From Candidatus Limnocylindrales bacterium (GTDB lineage: Bacteria; Chloroflexota; Limnocylindria; Limnocylindrales; CSP1-4), in contig DATBLH010000022.1 of assembly GCA_036555445.1 (NCBI GenBank), positions 11,226-75,225 of the forward strand: a stretch of 64,000 bases of DNA, read 5' to 3'. Shown here one piece after another: positions 54,811 to 63,815 of this stretch. Under the pieces are notes generated by a model. It did not search any database and had not been told where the DNA came from. It saw only the letters and a program-made list of their open reading frames with translations. The stretch's first letter is position 1. Every line of letters begins with the position of its first letter. Both the position numbers and the translations under genes were made by a program.

Positions 54811-55320
54811 TCAGGACCGCCAGGACCACCTCGGCTTGTCCACCCATGAGCAGGTCCCGGAGACGCCACCGAGCAGGGTGCAAAGCCCGCGTGCGCCGCT
54901 GCTCATCACGAAGTCGTGGTTGCGCCGGAAGATCGGGGCAGCCAGTGGCGCGAGGAGGTTCATCCACCAGCGGGTCGTGGACACGTTCCAGTCGTAGCGC
55001 GCGATCGTCGTGGAGCCCTCCTGGGTCAGCGTCCACACCCCGGTCCCCTCCAGCTCGCCGCTCGCACGACCTGCCAGCACGCCCGGAGCTTCGACCCGCT
55101 CCACGCGCAGGTCGAAAGCCAGGCTGTACGGGAGCGCGCCCTTGAACGTGTACCGGCGAACGCTGCCGACCCCGGAGACCGGATCGCCGGGGTCCAGCTC
55201 CTCGACAGCGGTCACGGCCCGCCACCACGACGGCCACGCGAGCGAGTCCCGGATCGCGTCGTAGACGCGCCCGATCGGCGCGTCGAGCTGCCACACGGTG
55301 ACGAACGAATAGCTGGCCAC
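54811..55320 (-). CDS. SRPBCC (polyketide cyclase/START-like) family protein
   Basis: FVTVWQLDAPIGRVYDAIRDSLAWPSWW...GELEGTGVWTL. GTG starts are at 55320 and 55329, downstream of AGGAGG. Confidence 0.7.
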   Translation of the reverse strand: MASYSFVTVWQLDAPIGRVYDAIRDSLAWPSWWRAVTAVEELDPGDPVSGVGSVRRYTFKGALPYSLAFDLRVERVEAPGVLAGRASGELEGTGVWTLTQEGSTTIARYDWNVSTTRWWMNLLAPLAAPIFRRNHDFVMSSGARGLCTLLGGVSGTCSWVDKPRWSWRS

Positions 55321-55450
55321 GGAACGCACCCCTCCTCGAAGCCGCCGGCCGACGGCCGACCGGGTGATCGTCAAGGATGATGCGCTCCTGCGAGGCGCTG
55401 CGGATCACCGAGTGCCCGCCCACGACCCGGCAACTGGCACACTCCCCGCG

Positions 55451-57031
55451 ATGGACCTCCACTTCCTCGGTGGCGCAACCACCGTCACCGGCTCCCAGTT
55501 CCTGCTCGAAACGGCTTCGGCCCGGATCCTCATCGACTGCGGCCTGTTCCAGGGCAGCCCGAGCGAGGCCGTCCGGAACCGGATCCCGCTCGCGTACGAC
55601 CCGGCCACGCTCGACGCGATCCTGATCACCCACGCGCACCTGGATCACTGTGGCCTGCTGCCGGTGGTCGTCCGCGATGGATTCCGCGGCCCAATCCACG
55701 CGACCCACGGCACGATCGAGCTGGCGGAGCTCGTGCTGCTCGATTCCGGGCGCCTCCAGCAGGAGTTCGCCAAGCGCGAGGCGAAGTGGGAGCGACGGCA
55801 CCCGGACCTCGCCGGGGAGGACGACCGGCGCGAGCGCGAGGTCTACGACGAGGCGTTCCGGCTGTCCACCGCAGGTGGCGTCGCACCGGAGGCGGCAACG
55901 CTGGCGGCGCCAACCGTGTCGGAGGAGGTCGCGCTGGACATGGAGGCCGACCTGCGGTCGCAGCCGCCCGAACTCGACGTCGACCTCGATGAGGCGCTGT
56001 ATACCGAGCGCGAGGCCCGCCAGGTCCTGGAGCGCTTTCGGCCGTTGCGCTACGACGAGCCCGTGGAGGTGGCCGAAGGGATCCGCGCCACGTTCGTCGA
56101 CGCCGGGCACATCCTTGGCTCCGCGATCATCCGCCTCGAGGTCACGGAACCGGGCAAGCCGGATCGGCTGCTCGTCTTCTCGGGCGACCTCGGCCGCCCT
56201 GGCACGCCGATCATCCGCGATCCGACCGTGGTCACCGATGCCGACTACGTGATCGTCGAGTCGACGTATGGGGGTCGCGAGCACGAGCCCCAGGCAGAAG
56301 CGATCCGGATCCTCGCCGAGACCGTGCAACTGGTCGCCGAGGCCAACGGCGTGCTCCTCGTCCCGTCGTTCGCGATCGGCCGAACCCAGGAGGTCGTGTG
56401 GGAGCTCGACCGCCTCGTGGAGCGCGGTGAGATCCCGCTCCTCCCGCTGTATCTCGATTCGCCGATGGCCTCCGCCGCCACGGGGATCTATCGGCGCCAT
56501 GCCGAGTACTTCGACGAGGACGCGCGTCGCGTGCTGGGCACCGAGGGCACGCCGCTCGACTATCCCAAGCAGTTCGTGACCAACAACTTTCGGGATTCGG
56601 AGGCCATCCCCAGGGCAGCTCGCCCGTACCTCATCGTGGCCTCCAACGGGATGCTCACGGGCGGTCGAGTCCTTGGCCACCTTCGCCGCCTGATCGACGA
56701 TCCGACGGCCACGATCCTGTTCGTCGGCTACCAGGGCGAGGGAACCCTGGGCGCCCATCTCCAGGCCGGCGCGACCACCGTCCGGCTCGACGGCCAGGAT
56801 CGGACCGTGCGCTGCAAGGTCCGCTCGATCAGCGGGTTCTCGGCCCACGCCGACGAGAGCGAGCTCCTGGCGTGGCTCAGGGCGTTCGGCACGAATGGCG
56901 GGCGACGCCCGCGACGTGTGTTCCTCGTCCACGGCGACCCGGAGGCGCAGCAGGCTCTCGAGCCAAAGGTGACGGCGCTCGGGTTCCGGGCGTACGTCCC
57001 GCGCTGGCGGGAGCGGGTTCCCCTCGACTAA
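55451..57031 (+). CDS. MBL-fold beta-CASP family RNA-metabolising hydrolase
   Basis: FLLETASARILIDCGLFQG, ILITHAHLDHCGLLP, and VESTYGGREH followed by beta-CASP and RNA-specificity-like regions (FSAHADESELLAWL). Confidence 0.82.
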   Translation: MDLHFLGGATTVTGSQFLLETASARILIDCGLFQGSPSEAVRNRIPLAYDPATLDAILITHAHLDHCGLLPVVVRDGFRGPIHATHGTIELAELVLLDSGRLQQEFAKREAKWERRHPDLAGEDDRREREVYDEAFRLSTAGGVAPEAATLAAPTVSEEVALDMEADLRSQPPELDVDLDEALYTEREARQVLERFRPLRYDEPVEVAEGIRATFVDAGHILGSAIIRLEVTEPGKPDRLLVFSGDLGRPGTPIIRDPTVVTDADYVIVESTYGGREHEPQAEAIRILAETVQLVAEANGVLLVPSFAIGRTQEVVWELDRLVERGEIPLLPLYLDSPMASAATGIYRRHAEYFDEDARRVLGTEGTPLDYPKQFVTNNFRDSEAIPRAARPYLIVASNGMLTGGRVLGHLRRLIDDPTATILFVGYQGEGTLGAHLQAGATTVRLDGQDRTVRCKVRSISGFSAHADESELLAWLRAFGTNGGRRPRRVFLVHGDPEAQQALEPKVTALGFRAYVPRWRERVPLD

Positions 57032-57133
57032 CGCCCCCGCACGTGATGACCCCGCGTCGGTCCATCAGGCGCGACACGGAGGGCATTGGACGGGGCCCGC
57101 CCGAGAATCCCGGTCCACCCCTTGGAGTCTGTC

Positions 57134-58474
57134 GTGACCTCGATGCCTGCCTCCCCGACCGCCGGACCGTCCTCCCCGCTCACCGCCCAGGAACTCGCCG
57201 CCGTGCGTCGCGAGTACCGATCGGCCAGCCTCCTGCCACCGCGCGTGTTCCACGACCCCGCCATCCTCGACTTCGAGCGCGAGCACTGGTTCGCGCGCGA
57301 CTGGGTCGCGGTCGGCCGCGAGGAGGAGGCCGCCAATCCGGGCGAGTACTTCCTGGCCGACGTTGCCGGTGAGAGCGTGATCGTCGTCCGCGGCCAGGAT
57401 GGCCAGCTGCGCGCGTTCTACAACGTCTGCCGCCACCGCGGCACGCCGATCCTGGAGCAGGACTGCGGAAAGCTCGTCCGCTTCCAGTGCCCGTATCACG
57501 CCTGGGTCTACGACCTCGAGGGCCAGCTCCAGCGCGCCAAGCACACCGACGACCTGATCGAGTTCGAGCCGGCCGAGAACAGCCTGGTCCCGGTCCGCTG
57601 CGAGACCTGGCAGGGATTCGTGTTCCTGTCGCTCGACGCGGCGTCGGAGCCGCTCCATGCGTTCCTGTCCGATCTCGTCGACCACTTCGACCGGTTCGAC
57701 TTCTCGGCCCTCCGCCGCGCACGACGCCTCGAGTACGACGTCCAGGCGAACTGGAAGGCGATCGCGGAGAACTACTCCGAGTGCCTCCACTGCCCCGGAG
57801 TCCATCCCCAGCTCAACCGGTTGACGCCGTACGACCTGGGTGGCGACTACGAGGGCGTCGGTCCGTGGAAGGGTGGCTGGATGGAGCTGGTGGGGCCGGC
57901 CGAGACGATGTCGCTCGACGGCGCCAACCACGGCCGCGCACCGTTGCCCGGCATGGAAGCCGAGGACCTGCGCCGGATCTACTACTACGTCCTGTGGCCG
58001 AACCTGCTCGTCAGCCTCCACCCGGACTACCTGATGGTTCACCACGTGTGGCCCGTCGAGCCGGGGCAGTCGAAGGTGTACTGCGACTTCTACTTCGACC
58101 CGGCCACGATGGAGGACCCGGCCTTCGATCCCGAGGACGCAATCGGCTTCTGGGATCAGACGAACCGCCAGGACTGGCACGTGTGCGAGCTCCAGCAGCG
58201 CGGCACCCGCTCTCGCGCCTACACCGCCGGCCGCTACACGAACCAGGAGGACTCGGTCCACGCGTTCGACCTGATGTGCGCCGACCGGTATGCGGGTGAT
58301 GGGATCCGGACCCACCGGGGCAGCCGTCACGAGGCCGACGGCACCGCCGCACAATCCATCGACCACCGTCCGGGGCGCCCGACCGAGCCGGCGGTCTCCA
58401 CCACACGCCGCCGCGAGGCACGCACCCGATCCGCCGCCCACAGTCGAACAACGACCGAGAGGGGAGCGGCATGA
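57134..58474 (+). CDS. Rieske [2Fe-2S] aromatic-ring-hydroxylating-oxygenase-type alpha subunit (GbcA/choline-monooxygenase-like)
   Basis: The Rieske motif is CRHRGTPIL...CPYHAWVY. The mononuclear-iron region is ENYSECLHCPGVHP. GTG 57134 has GGAG 6 nt upstream. Confidence 0.85.
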   Translation: MTSMPASPTAGPSSPLTAQELAAVRREYRSASLLPPRVFHDPAILDFEREHWFARDWVAVGREEEAANPGEYFLADVAGESVIVVRGQDGQLRAFYNVCRHRGTPILEQDCGKLVRFQCPYHAWVYDLEGQLQRAKHTDDLIEFEPAENSLVPVRCETWQGFVFLSLDAASEPLHAFLSDLVDHFDRFDFSALRRARRLEYDVQANWKAIAENYSECLHCPGVHPQLNRLTPYDLGGDYEGVGPWKGGWMELVGPAETMSLDGANHGRAPLPGMEAEDLRRIYYYVLWPNLLVSLHPDYLMVHHVWPVEPGQSKVYCDFYFDPATMEDPAFDPEDAIGFWDQTNRQDWHVCELQQRGTRSRAYTAGRYTNQEDSVHAFDLMCADRYAGDGIRTHRGSRHEADGTAAQSIDHRPGRPTEPAVSTTRRREARTRSAAHSRTTTERGAA

Positions 58475-59649
58475 CCGTCGAGAGGCGCGCCCAGCCGTTC
58501 GACATGAGCCTCGTCCAGCGGGGCGCCCGCAACCGGCGGACCCCCTACTACGAGGCCACCCAGCGCTACGGCCCCGAGGGCTTCACGGTCTACAACCACA
58601 TGTACTTCCCGATCCGATTCGACACCTTCGAGGCGGAGTTCGAGGCGCTCCTCAACGACGTCACGATCTGGGACGTCTCGGTCGAGCGATGCCTCGAGGT
58701 CTCGGGGTCCGACGGCTTCCGGTTCGCCCAGCTGCTGACCCCCCGGGACCTGTCGAAGTGCGCGGTGGGCCAGGCGAAGTACGTGGTGATCTGCGATCGC
58801 GACGGCGGGATCCTCAACGACCCGGTGCTGACCCGGATGGACGAGAACACGTTCTGGTTCGCGCTCGCCTCGTCCGATGCGCTGTTCTTCGCCCGCGGCC
58901 TGCGCAACGCGTATCCCGACCTCGACGTGACGATCCGCGAGGCCGACGTCGCGCCACTCCAGGTCCAGGGCCCGAAGTCGAAGGACCTCGTCCGCGACCT
59001 GGTGGGCGACGGGATCCTCGATCTCAAGTACTACTGGTGGCGACGGGCGGAGATCCGGGGCATCCCGGTCGTGATCACCCGGACCGGCTGGACGTCCGAG
59101 GTGGGCTACGAGATCTATCTCCTCGACACCAGTCGCGGCAACGAGCTCTACGAGACGCTGATGGAGGTCGGCGCTCCATATCGGGTCAAGCCCACCGGGC
59201 CTTCGGACATCCGGCGGATCGAGGGCGGCATCCTCAACTGGGGCGCCGACATGACGTACGAGAACAACCCGTTCGAGGTCGGCCTCGATCGACTGGTCGA
59301 CGTCGGCCTGGCCGACGACGCCTCGATCTCGATCGCGGCGCTCCGCGCGATCAAGGACCGCGGCGTGACCCGGAAGCTGGTCGGCGTCGAGCTGGACGGC
59401 GACCCGTTCCCGGGCCTCAACAATGTCAAGTGGCCGGCCTACCGGTCCGACGGTGGCGACCACGTGGGCAAGGTGACGTCGGCGATCTACAGCCCGCGGC
59501 TCGGGCGCAACATCGGCTACTGCTGGCTGCCGGTCGAGCTGGCCGGGGAGGGGAGCCGGGTGCGGGTCGACTCCGAGTGGGGGACCCGGACCGGCACCGT
59601 GGTGCCGATGCCATTCGTCGATCCCGAGAAGCGAATCCCGGTCGGGTGA
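58471..59649 (+). CDS. GcvT-family aminomethyltransferase-like (DmdA-like, folate-dependent demethylase candidate), paralog 1
   Basis: RRTPYYEATQRYGPEGFTVYNHMYFP, WDVSVER, GGILNDPVL, VQVQGPKSKD, TRTGWTSEVGYEIYL and NNPFE. ATGA overlap with the Rieske gene. Confidence 0.8.
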   Translation: MTVERRAQPFDMSLVQRGARNRRTPYYEATQRYGPEGFTVYNHMYFPIRFDTFEAEFEALLNDVTIWDVSVERCLEVSGSDGFRFAQLLTPRDLSKCAVGQAKYVVICDRDGGILNDPVLTRMDENTFWFALASSDALFFARGLRNAYPDLDVTIREADVAPLQVQGPKSKDLVRDLVGDGILDLKYYWWRRAEIRGIPVVITRTGWTSEVGYEIYLLDTSRGNELYETLMEVGAPYRVKPTGPSDIRRIEGGILNWGADMTYENNPFEVGLDRLVDVGLADDASISIAALRAIKDRGVTRKLVGVELDGDPFPGLNNVKWPAYRSDGGDHVGKVTSAIYSPRLGRNIGYCWLPVELAGEGSRVRVDSEWGTRTGTVVPMPFVDPEKRIPVG

Positions 59650-59657
59650 GGTGACAC

Positions 59658-60827
59658 ATGGGCGCATTGGAAACGGCCGAACGGTCGACCTCGAGCACGC
59701 TCTACTTCGGGCCCTGGTATCGCAAGTCGCCGTTCTTCGAGAAGACCCTGGCCGCGGGCTGCTCGGCCTACGACATCTACAACCACATGTACCTGCCGGG
59801 CTACTTCGGGGACCCGATCGAGGAGTACTGGGCACTGCTCAACGAGGTGACCCTGTGGGACGTCTCGGTCGAGCGGATCGTCGAGATCACGGGACCGGAT
59901 TCGTCGGCGTTCATCAACACCCTCACGTGCCGTGACCTGACGAAGTGCGCCGTCGGGCAGGGGAAGTACGTGCTCATCACCGCCGACGACGGCGGGATCA
60001 TCAACGACCCGGTGCTCCTCCGCGTCGAGGAGAACCGCTGGTGGCTCGCCCTTGCCGACTCGGACGCGGGGTTGTGGGCGCGCGGCGTCGCCGTCCACAG
60101 CGGTCTCGATGTCACGGTGCGAGAGCCGGACGTCTTCCCGGTCCAGGTCCAGGGCCCGAAGTCGAAGGACGTCATCCGCTCCCTGTTCGGCGACGCGGTG
60201 GCCGATCTCCGCTACTACTGGACGGCCCAGACCGAGCTCGACGGGATCCCGGTCGTGATCAGCCGCACGGGCTGGACGGGTGAGGTCGGCTACGAGGTCT
60301 ATCTGCGCGATCCCACCCGCGGTGGTGAGCTGTGGGACCGGATCATGGAGGCCGGCGCGCCGCACAACATCCGGCCGATCGCGCCGTGCGAGGCGCGCCG
60401 GATCGAGGCCGGGATCTTCAACTACGGCTCGGACATGACGATCGCGAACAACCCGTTCGAGATCATGGGCCTGGAGCGGCTGGTCGAAGAGCAGGACGCC
60501 GACTACATCGGCAAGGCCGCGCTCGAGGAGATCCGGCGACGCGGCGTGAGCCGTAAGCTGGTCGGGATCGAGGTCGGCGGCGAGCCACTCCCGTTCGAGC
60601 TCCACGAGAAGCGCCCCGCGCTCCATGACGGCCAGGCCGTGGGCACCCTGACCGACCTCATCTGGTCCCCCCGGCTCGAGAGGAACATCGGCTACGTGTG
60701 GCTGCCGATCGACCTGTCGGGTCCCGGGACGGCCCTCGAGGTGGTGGCCCCGGACGGCTCGCGGTGGCCGGCCCAGTCCGCGGCGATCCCGTTCCTCGAC
60801 CCGAGGAAGGACATCCCCAAGGGCTGA
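59658..60827 (+). CDS. GcvT-family aminomethyltransferase-like (DmdA-like), paralog 2
   Basis: Colinear with paralog 1 (IYNHMYLP, WDVSVER, GGIINDPVL, VQVQGPKSKD, SRTGWTGEVGYEVYL, NNPFE). It starts 8 nt after paralog 1 ends. Confidence 0.8.
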   Translation: MGALETAERSTSSTLYFGPWYRKSPFFEKTLAAGCSAYDIYNHMYLPGYFGDPIEEYWALLNEVTLWDVSVERIVEITGPDSSAFINTLTCRDLTKCAVGQGKYVLITADDGGIINDPVLLRVEENRWWLALADSDAGLWARGVAVHSGLDVTVREPDVFPVQVQGPKSKDVIRSLFGDAVADLRYYWTAQTELDGIPVVISRTGWTGEVGYEVYLRDPTRGGELWDRIMEAGAPHNIRPIAPCEARRIEAGIFNYGSDMTIANNPFEIMGLERLVEEQDADYIGKAALEEIRRRGVSRKLVGIEVGGEPLPFELHEKRPALHDGQAVGTLTDLIWSPRLERNIGYVWLPIDLSGPGTALEVVAPDGSRWPAQSAAIPFLDPRKDIPKG

Positions 60828-60904
60828 GTCACCCGGCGTGGGGCGCCGCACCCGCCGCGCCCAAATCGACCGCACGATGCGCCACCGCATGCCGGCGCGA
60901 CAAC

Positions 60905-61702
60905 CTAGGCCGGCGAGGACCTCGCCTCGCCCCGGAAGGCGCCGACCCGCCACGCGACCAGGATGATCGTCGCGGTGACGGCCACGATGATCGTCGAGAT
61001 CGCGTTGATCTCCGGGGTCACGCCGAACTTCAGCCGGCCGTAGATGTAGAGCGGCAGGGTGGAGTTGCCGACGCCGGCGTTGAACGTCGTGACCACGTAG
61101 TCGTCGAACGACAGCGCGAACGAGAGCATGGCCCCGGCGAAGACGGCGGGGGCGATGAGTGGCAGCGTGACGTGGACGAACGCCCCCGTCGCCGAGGCCC
61201 CGAGGTCACGCGCCGCCTCCTCGAGCTGCGGATTCATGCTCGCCGCCCGGGCCCGGACGGTGACCGCCACGAACGAGATGCAGAACGTGACGTGGGCGAT
61301 CGAGAGTTGGACGAACGACCCGTGCGCCCCGAACAGCTGCAGGAAGAACAGCAGCAGCGAGAGCCCCATCACGATCTCGGGGGTGACCATCGGCAGCAGG
61401 AGCAGGGTCTCGGTAACGCCCTGGCCGCGGAATCGGAGACGCGCGAGTCCCAGTCCCAGCAACGCCCCCAGCAGCGTGGACACGATCACGGCCACGACGG
61501 CGATCCGGAGGGTCACGAACAGCGCGTCGATCAGCTCCTCGTTCTGGAACAGGCGCGGGTACCAGTCGAGCGTGAAGTCCTGGAACGCCACGCCCCGCCG
61601 GGCGCTGTTGAACGAGAACAGGATGAGGACCGCGATCGGCGCGAACAGGAACGCGTAGACCGCGACAGCGAACCCCGTCAGCCATCGGTTCCGGGTCTGC
61701 AT
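60905..61702 (-). CDS. ABC transporter permease (PotC-like, spermidine/putrescine type)
   Basis: Six TM segments. EAA-loop region LEEAARDLGASATGAFVHVTLPLIAPAV. Confidence 0.85.
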   Translation of the reverse strand: MQTRNRWLTGFAVAVYAFLFAPIAVLILFSFNSARRGVAFQDFTLDWYPRLFQNEELIDALFVTLRIAVVAVIVSTLLGALLGLGLARLRFRGQGVTETLLLLPMVTPEIVMGLSLLLFFLQLFGAHGSFVQLSIAHVTFCISFVAVTVRARAASMNPQLEEAARDLGASATGAFVHVTLPLIAPAVFAGAMLSFALSFDDYVVTTFNAGVGNSTLPLYIYGRLKFGVTPEINAISTIIVAVTATIILVAWRVGAFRGEARSSPA

Positions 61703-61724
61703 CAGTGGCCTCGGCTCATGCCCG

Positions 61725-62582
61725 TCACGACCCGACCACCTCGCGCCGCAGGGTCCGGATCGCGACCAGCGTCCCGGCCAGCGTCACCACCATGAGCACG
61801 AACCCGAGTGCGGCGCCGTAGGGCCAGTCCCGGTTGGCCAGGAACAGCACCTGGATGTTCTTCGCGATCGTGGTCGTCTCCGGACCGCCGAGCAGATCGG
61901 GGGTCACGAAGTCGCCGATGGCGGGGATGAACGTGAGCAGCCCGGCGGCCACGATCCCGGGCATCGTGAGTGGCAGCGTCACGTTGACGAACGCCGATCG
62001 CCCGGTGGCGTACAGGTCGCGGGCCGCGGCCACGAGACTTGGATCCAGCCGGTCGATGGACACGAACAGCGGCAGGATCGCGAACGGCAGGAACCCGTAG
62101 GTCATGCCCAGGATCACCGACAGCTCGGTGTTCATGAGGATGATCGGCTGGCTGGTGAGCCCGAGTGCCTGGAGCAGCGAATTCACGACCCCGTTGTCCC
62201 GGAGCACGATCATCCAGGAGTAGGTCCGGATCAGGTAGCTGGTCCAGAACGGCAGCATGACCAGGATCAGGAGCAGCACCTTGCGACGTCCGCCGTAGCG
62301 GCTGATCCAGTACGCGATCGGATAGCCGATGAGCAGGCACAGGATCGTCGTGACCGCGGCGAACCGGACCGAGTTCAGGAACGTGGCCAGGAACACCGGA
62401 TCGAACGCCCGCGCGTAGTTATCGAACGACGGGCTGGACAGGTCGATCCGGTCGAGGGCGCCGCGGTCGCCGAGGCTGACGACGAAGATGATGGCGAGCG
62501 GCACCAGGAAGAACAGCGCCAGCCAGCCGGCGCCGGGAAGGATGAGCGCCAGACCGCGAAGCCGGGCCAGCGCTCCGGTCAC
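61725..62582 (-). CDS. ABC transporter permease (PotB-like)
   Basis: Six TM segments. LVAAARDLYATGRSAFVNVTLPLTMPGI. Confidence 0.85.
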   Translation of the reverse strand: MTGALARLRGLALILPGAGWLALFFLVPLAIIFVVSLGDRGALDRIDLSSPSFDNYARAFDPVFLATFLNSVRFAAVTTILCLLIGYPIAYWISRYGGRRKVLLLILVMLPFWTSYLIRTYSWMIVLRDNGVVNSLLQALGLTSQPIILMNTELSVILGMTYGFLPFAILPLFVSIDRLDPSLVAAARDLYATGRSAFVNVTLPLTMPGIVAAGLLTFIPAIGDFVTPDLLGGPETTTIAKNIQVLFLANRDWPYGAALGFVLMVVTLAGTLVAIRTLRREVVGS

Positions 62583-62594
62583 GAGGCGGTGCGC

Positions 62595-63815
62595 CTATCC
62601 TCGGAGCTGCTGCCAGCGCGACAGGTACTCGTCCCTGACGTCCTGGCTGAGGCTCAGGAGCTCCTCCAGCTTGTCCACGATCTCCTGGTCGGGATTGATC
62701 GTGGGGTCGTCGAGGATCTCGGGGAGGATGAACTCCTTGGCGGCCGCGTTGGGTCCCATGTAGTAGATGAGGTTGGTGTTTGCGGCACTGTTCTTGGCGT
62801 CGAGCACGTGGTTGATGAACAGCTGCGCGGCGATCGGGTGCGGTGCCCCGGACATCACGGCCAGCGCGTCCGAGCCCTTCACGCCGCCCTCTTCCGGGAT
62901 GTAGTAGACGACGTTCTCGTTGACCTCCTGGATGGCGTACCGATCGGCGCCCCAGATGTGGCCGATCCAGATGTCGCCTGAGGTCATCGTGCCGATCGTG
63001 TCGGTGGAGTACGTCCGCACGAGTGGCTTCTGTTCCTGGAGTCGTGCGAGCGCCTCGTCCAGCTCGGAGGTGTTCTCGGTGTTCGCCGAGTAGCCGAGCT
63101 GGATGAGGGTCAGCCCAAAGACCTCCTGCCAGTCGTCGAGCATCGAGATGTGGTTGGCCCACCGGGCATCCCACAGCGCGTTGGAGCTGGTGAGCTCGTC
63201 GGTGATCCGTGCGGTGTCGTAGCCGACGCCAGTGGTCCACCACATGTACGGCACCGAGTGCGCGTTGCCCGGGTCGTAGCCGGGATTGGCCCACTCCGCG
63301 CCCAGGTTGCCGATATTCGTGAGGAACGCCGGGTCGAGCTCGATGATCGTGCCCTTCTCGATGAGGCCCGGGATGTCGACCGAGATCGGGAAGCTCAGGT
63401 CGTAGCCCCCACCGTCGGTGCCCAGGTTCGTGTACATCTCGTCGGTGGTCGAGAAGAAGCTCTGGGTGACCTTGACGCCGTAGCTGCTCTCGAACGAGGC
63501 GATGACCTCGTCGGCGAGGTAATCGGTCCAGTTGTAGATGAACAGCTCGGACTCGGGCGACGGCAGCGGCGTTGGCTCCGCACTCGCACTGGGCGATCCA
63601 GCCGAAGCGCCCGGCGTTGCCGACGGCGAAGCGCTGGCCGAAGCGGGCGGGCTCGCCGTGCAGGCGGCGATGACCGGGGCCAGTGCGGCCGCCGGCCCCA
63701 CCCTGGCGATCGTCTCCAGCAGCTGGCGGCGGCTGATCCGCCGCTCGACCATGTAGCGGACGAGCGCCTTCTCGAGGTCGATCGACGAGCCGTCGTGGGC
63801 GTGTCGGTCGGTCAT
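62595..63815 (-). CDS. ABC transporter substrate-binding lipoprotein (PotD/PotF-like) with a Tat-type signal
   Basis: The twin-arginine signal is ISRRQLLETIARVGPAAALAPVIAAC. The body is LFIYNWTDYLADEVIASFESSYGVKV. The ATG overlaps the upstream ATPase stop. Confidence 0.85.
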   Translation of the reverse strand: MTDRHAHDGSSIDLEKALVRYMVERRISRRQLLETIARVGPAAALAPVIAACTASPPASASASPSATPGASAGSPSASAEPTPLPSPESELFIYNWTDYLADEVIASFESSYGVKVTQSFFSTTDEMYTNLGTDGGGYDLSFPISVDIPGLIEKGTIIELDPAFLTNIGNLGAEWANPGYDPGNAHSVPYMWWTTGVGYDTARITDELTSSNALWDARWANHISMLDDWQEVFGLTLIQLGYSANTENTSELDEALARLQEQKPLVRTYSTDTIGTMTSGDIWIGHIWGADRYAIQEVNENVVYYIPEEGGVKGSDALAVMSGAPHPIAAQLFINHVLDAKNSAANTNLIYYMGPNAAAKEFILPEILDDPTINPDQEIVDKLEELLSLSQDVRDEYLSRWQQLRG

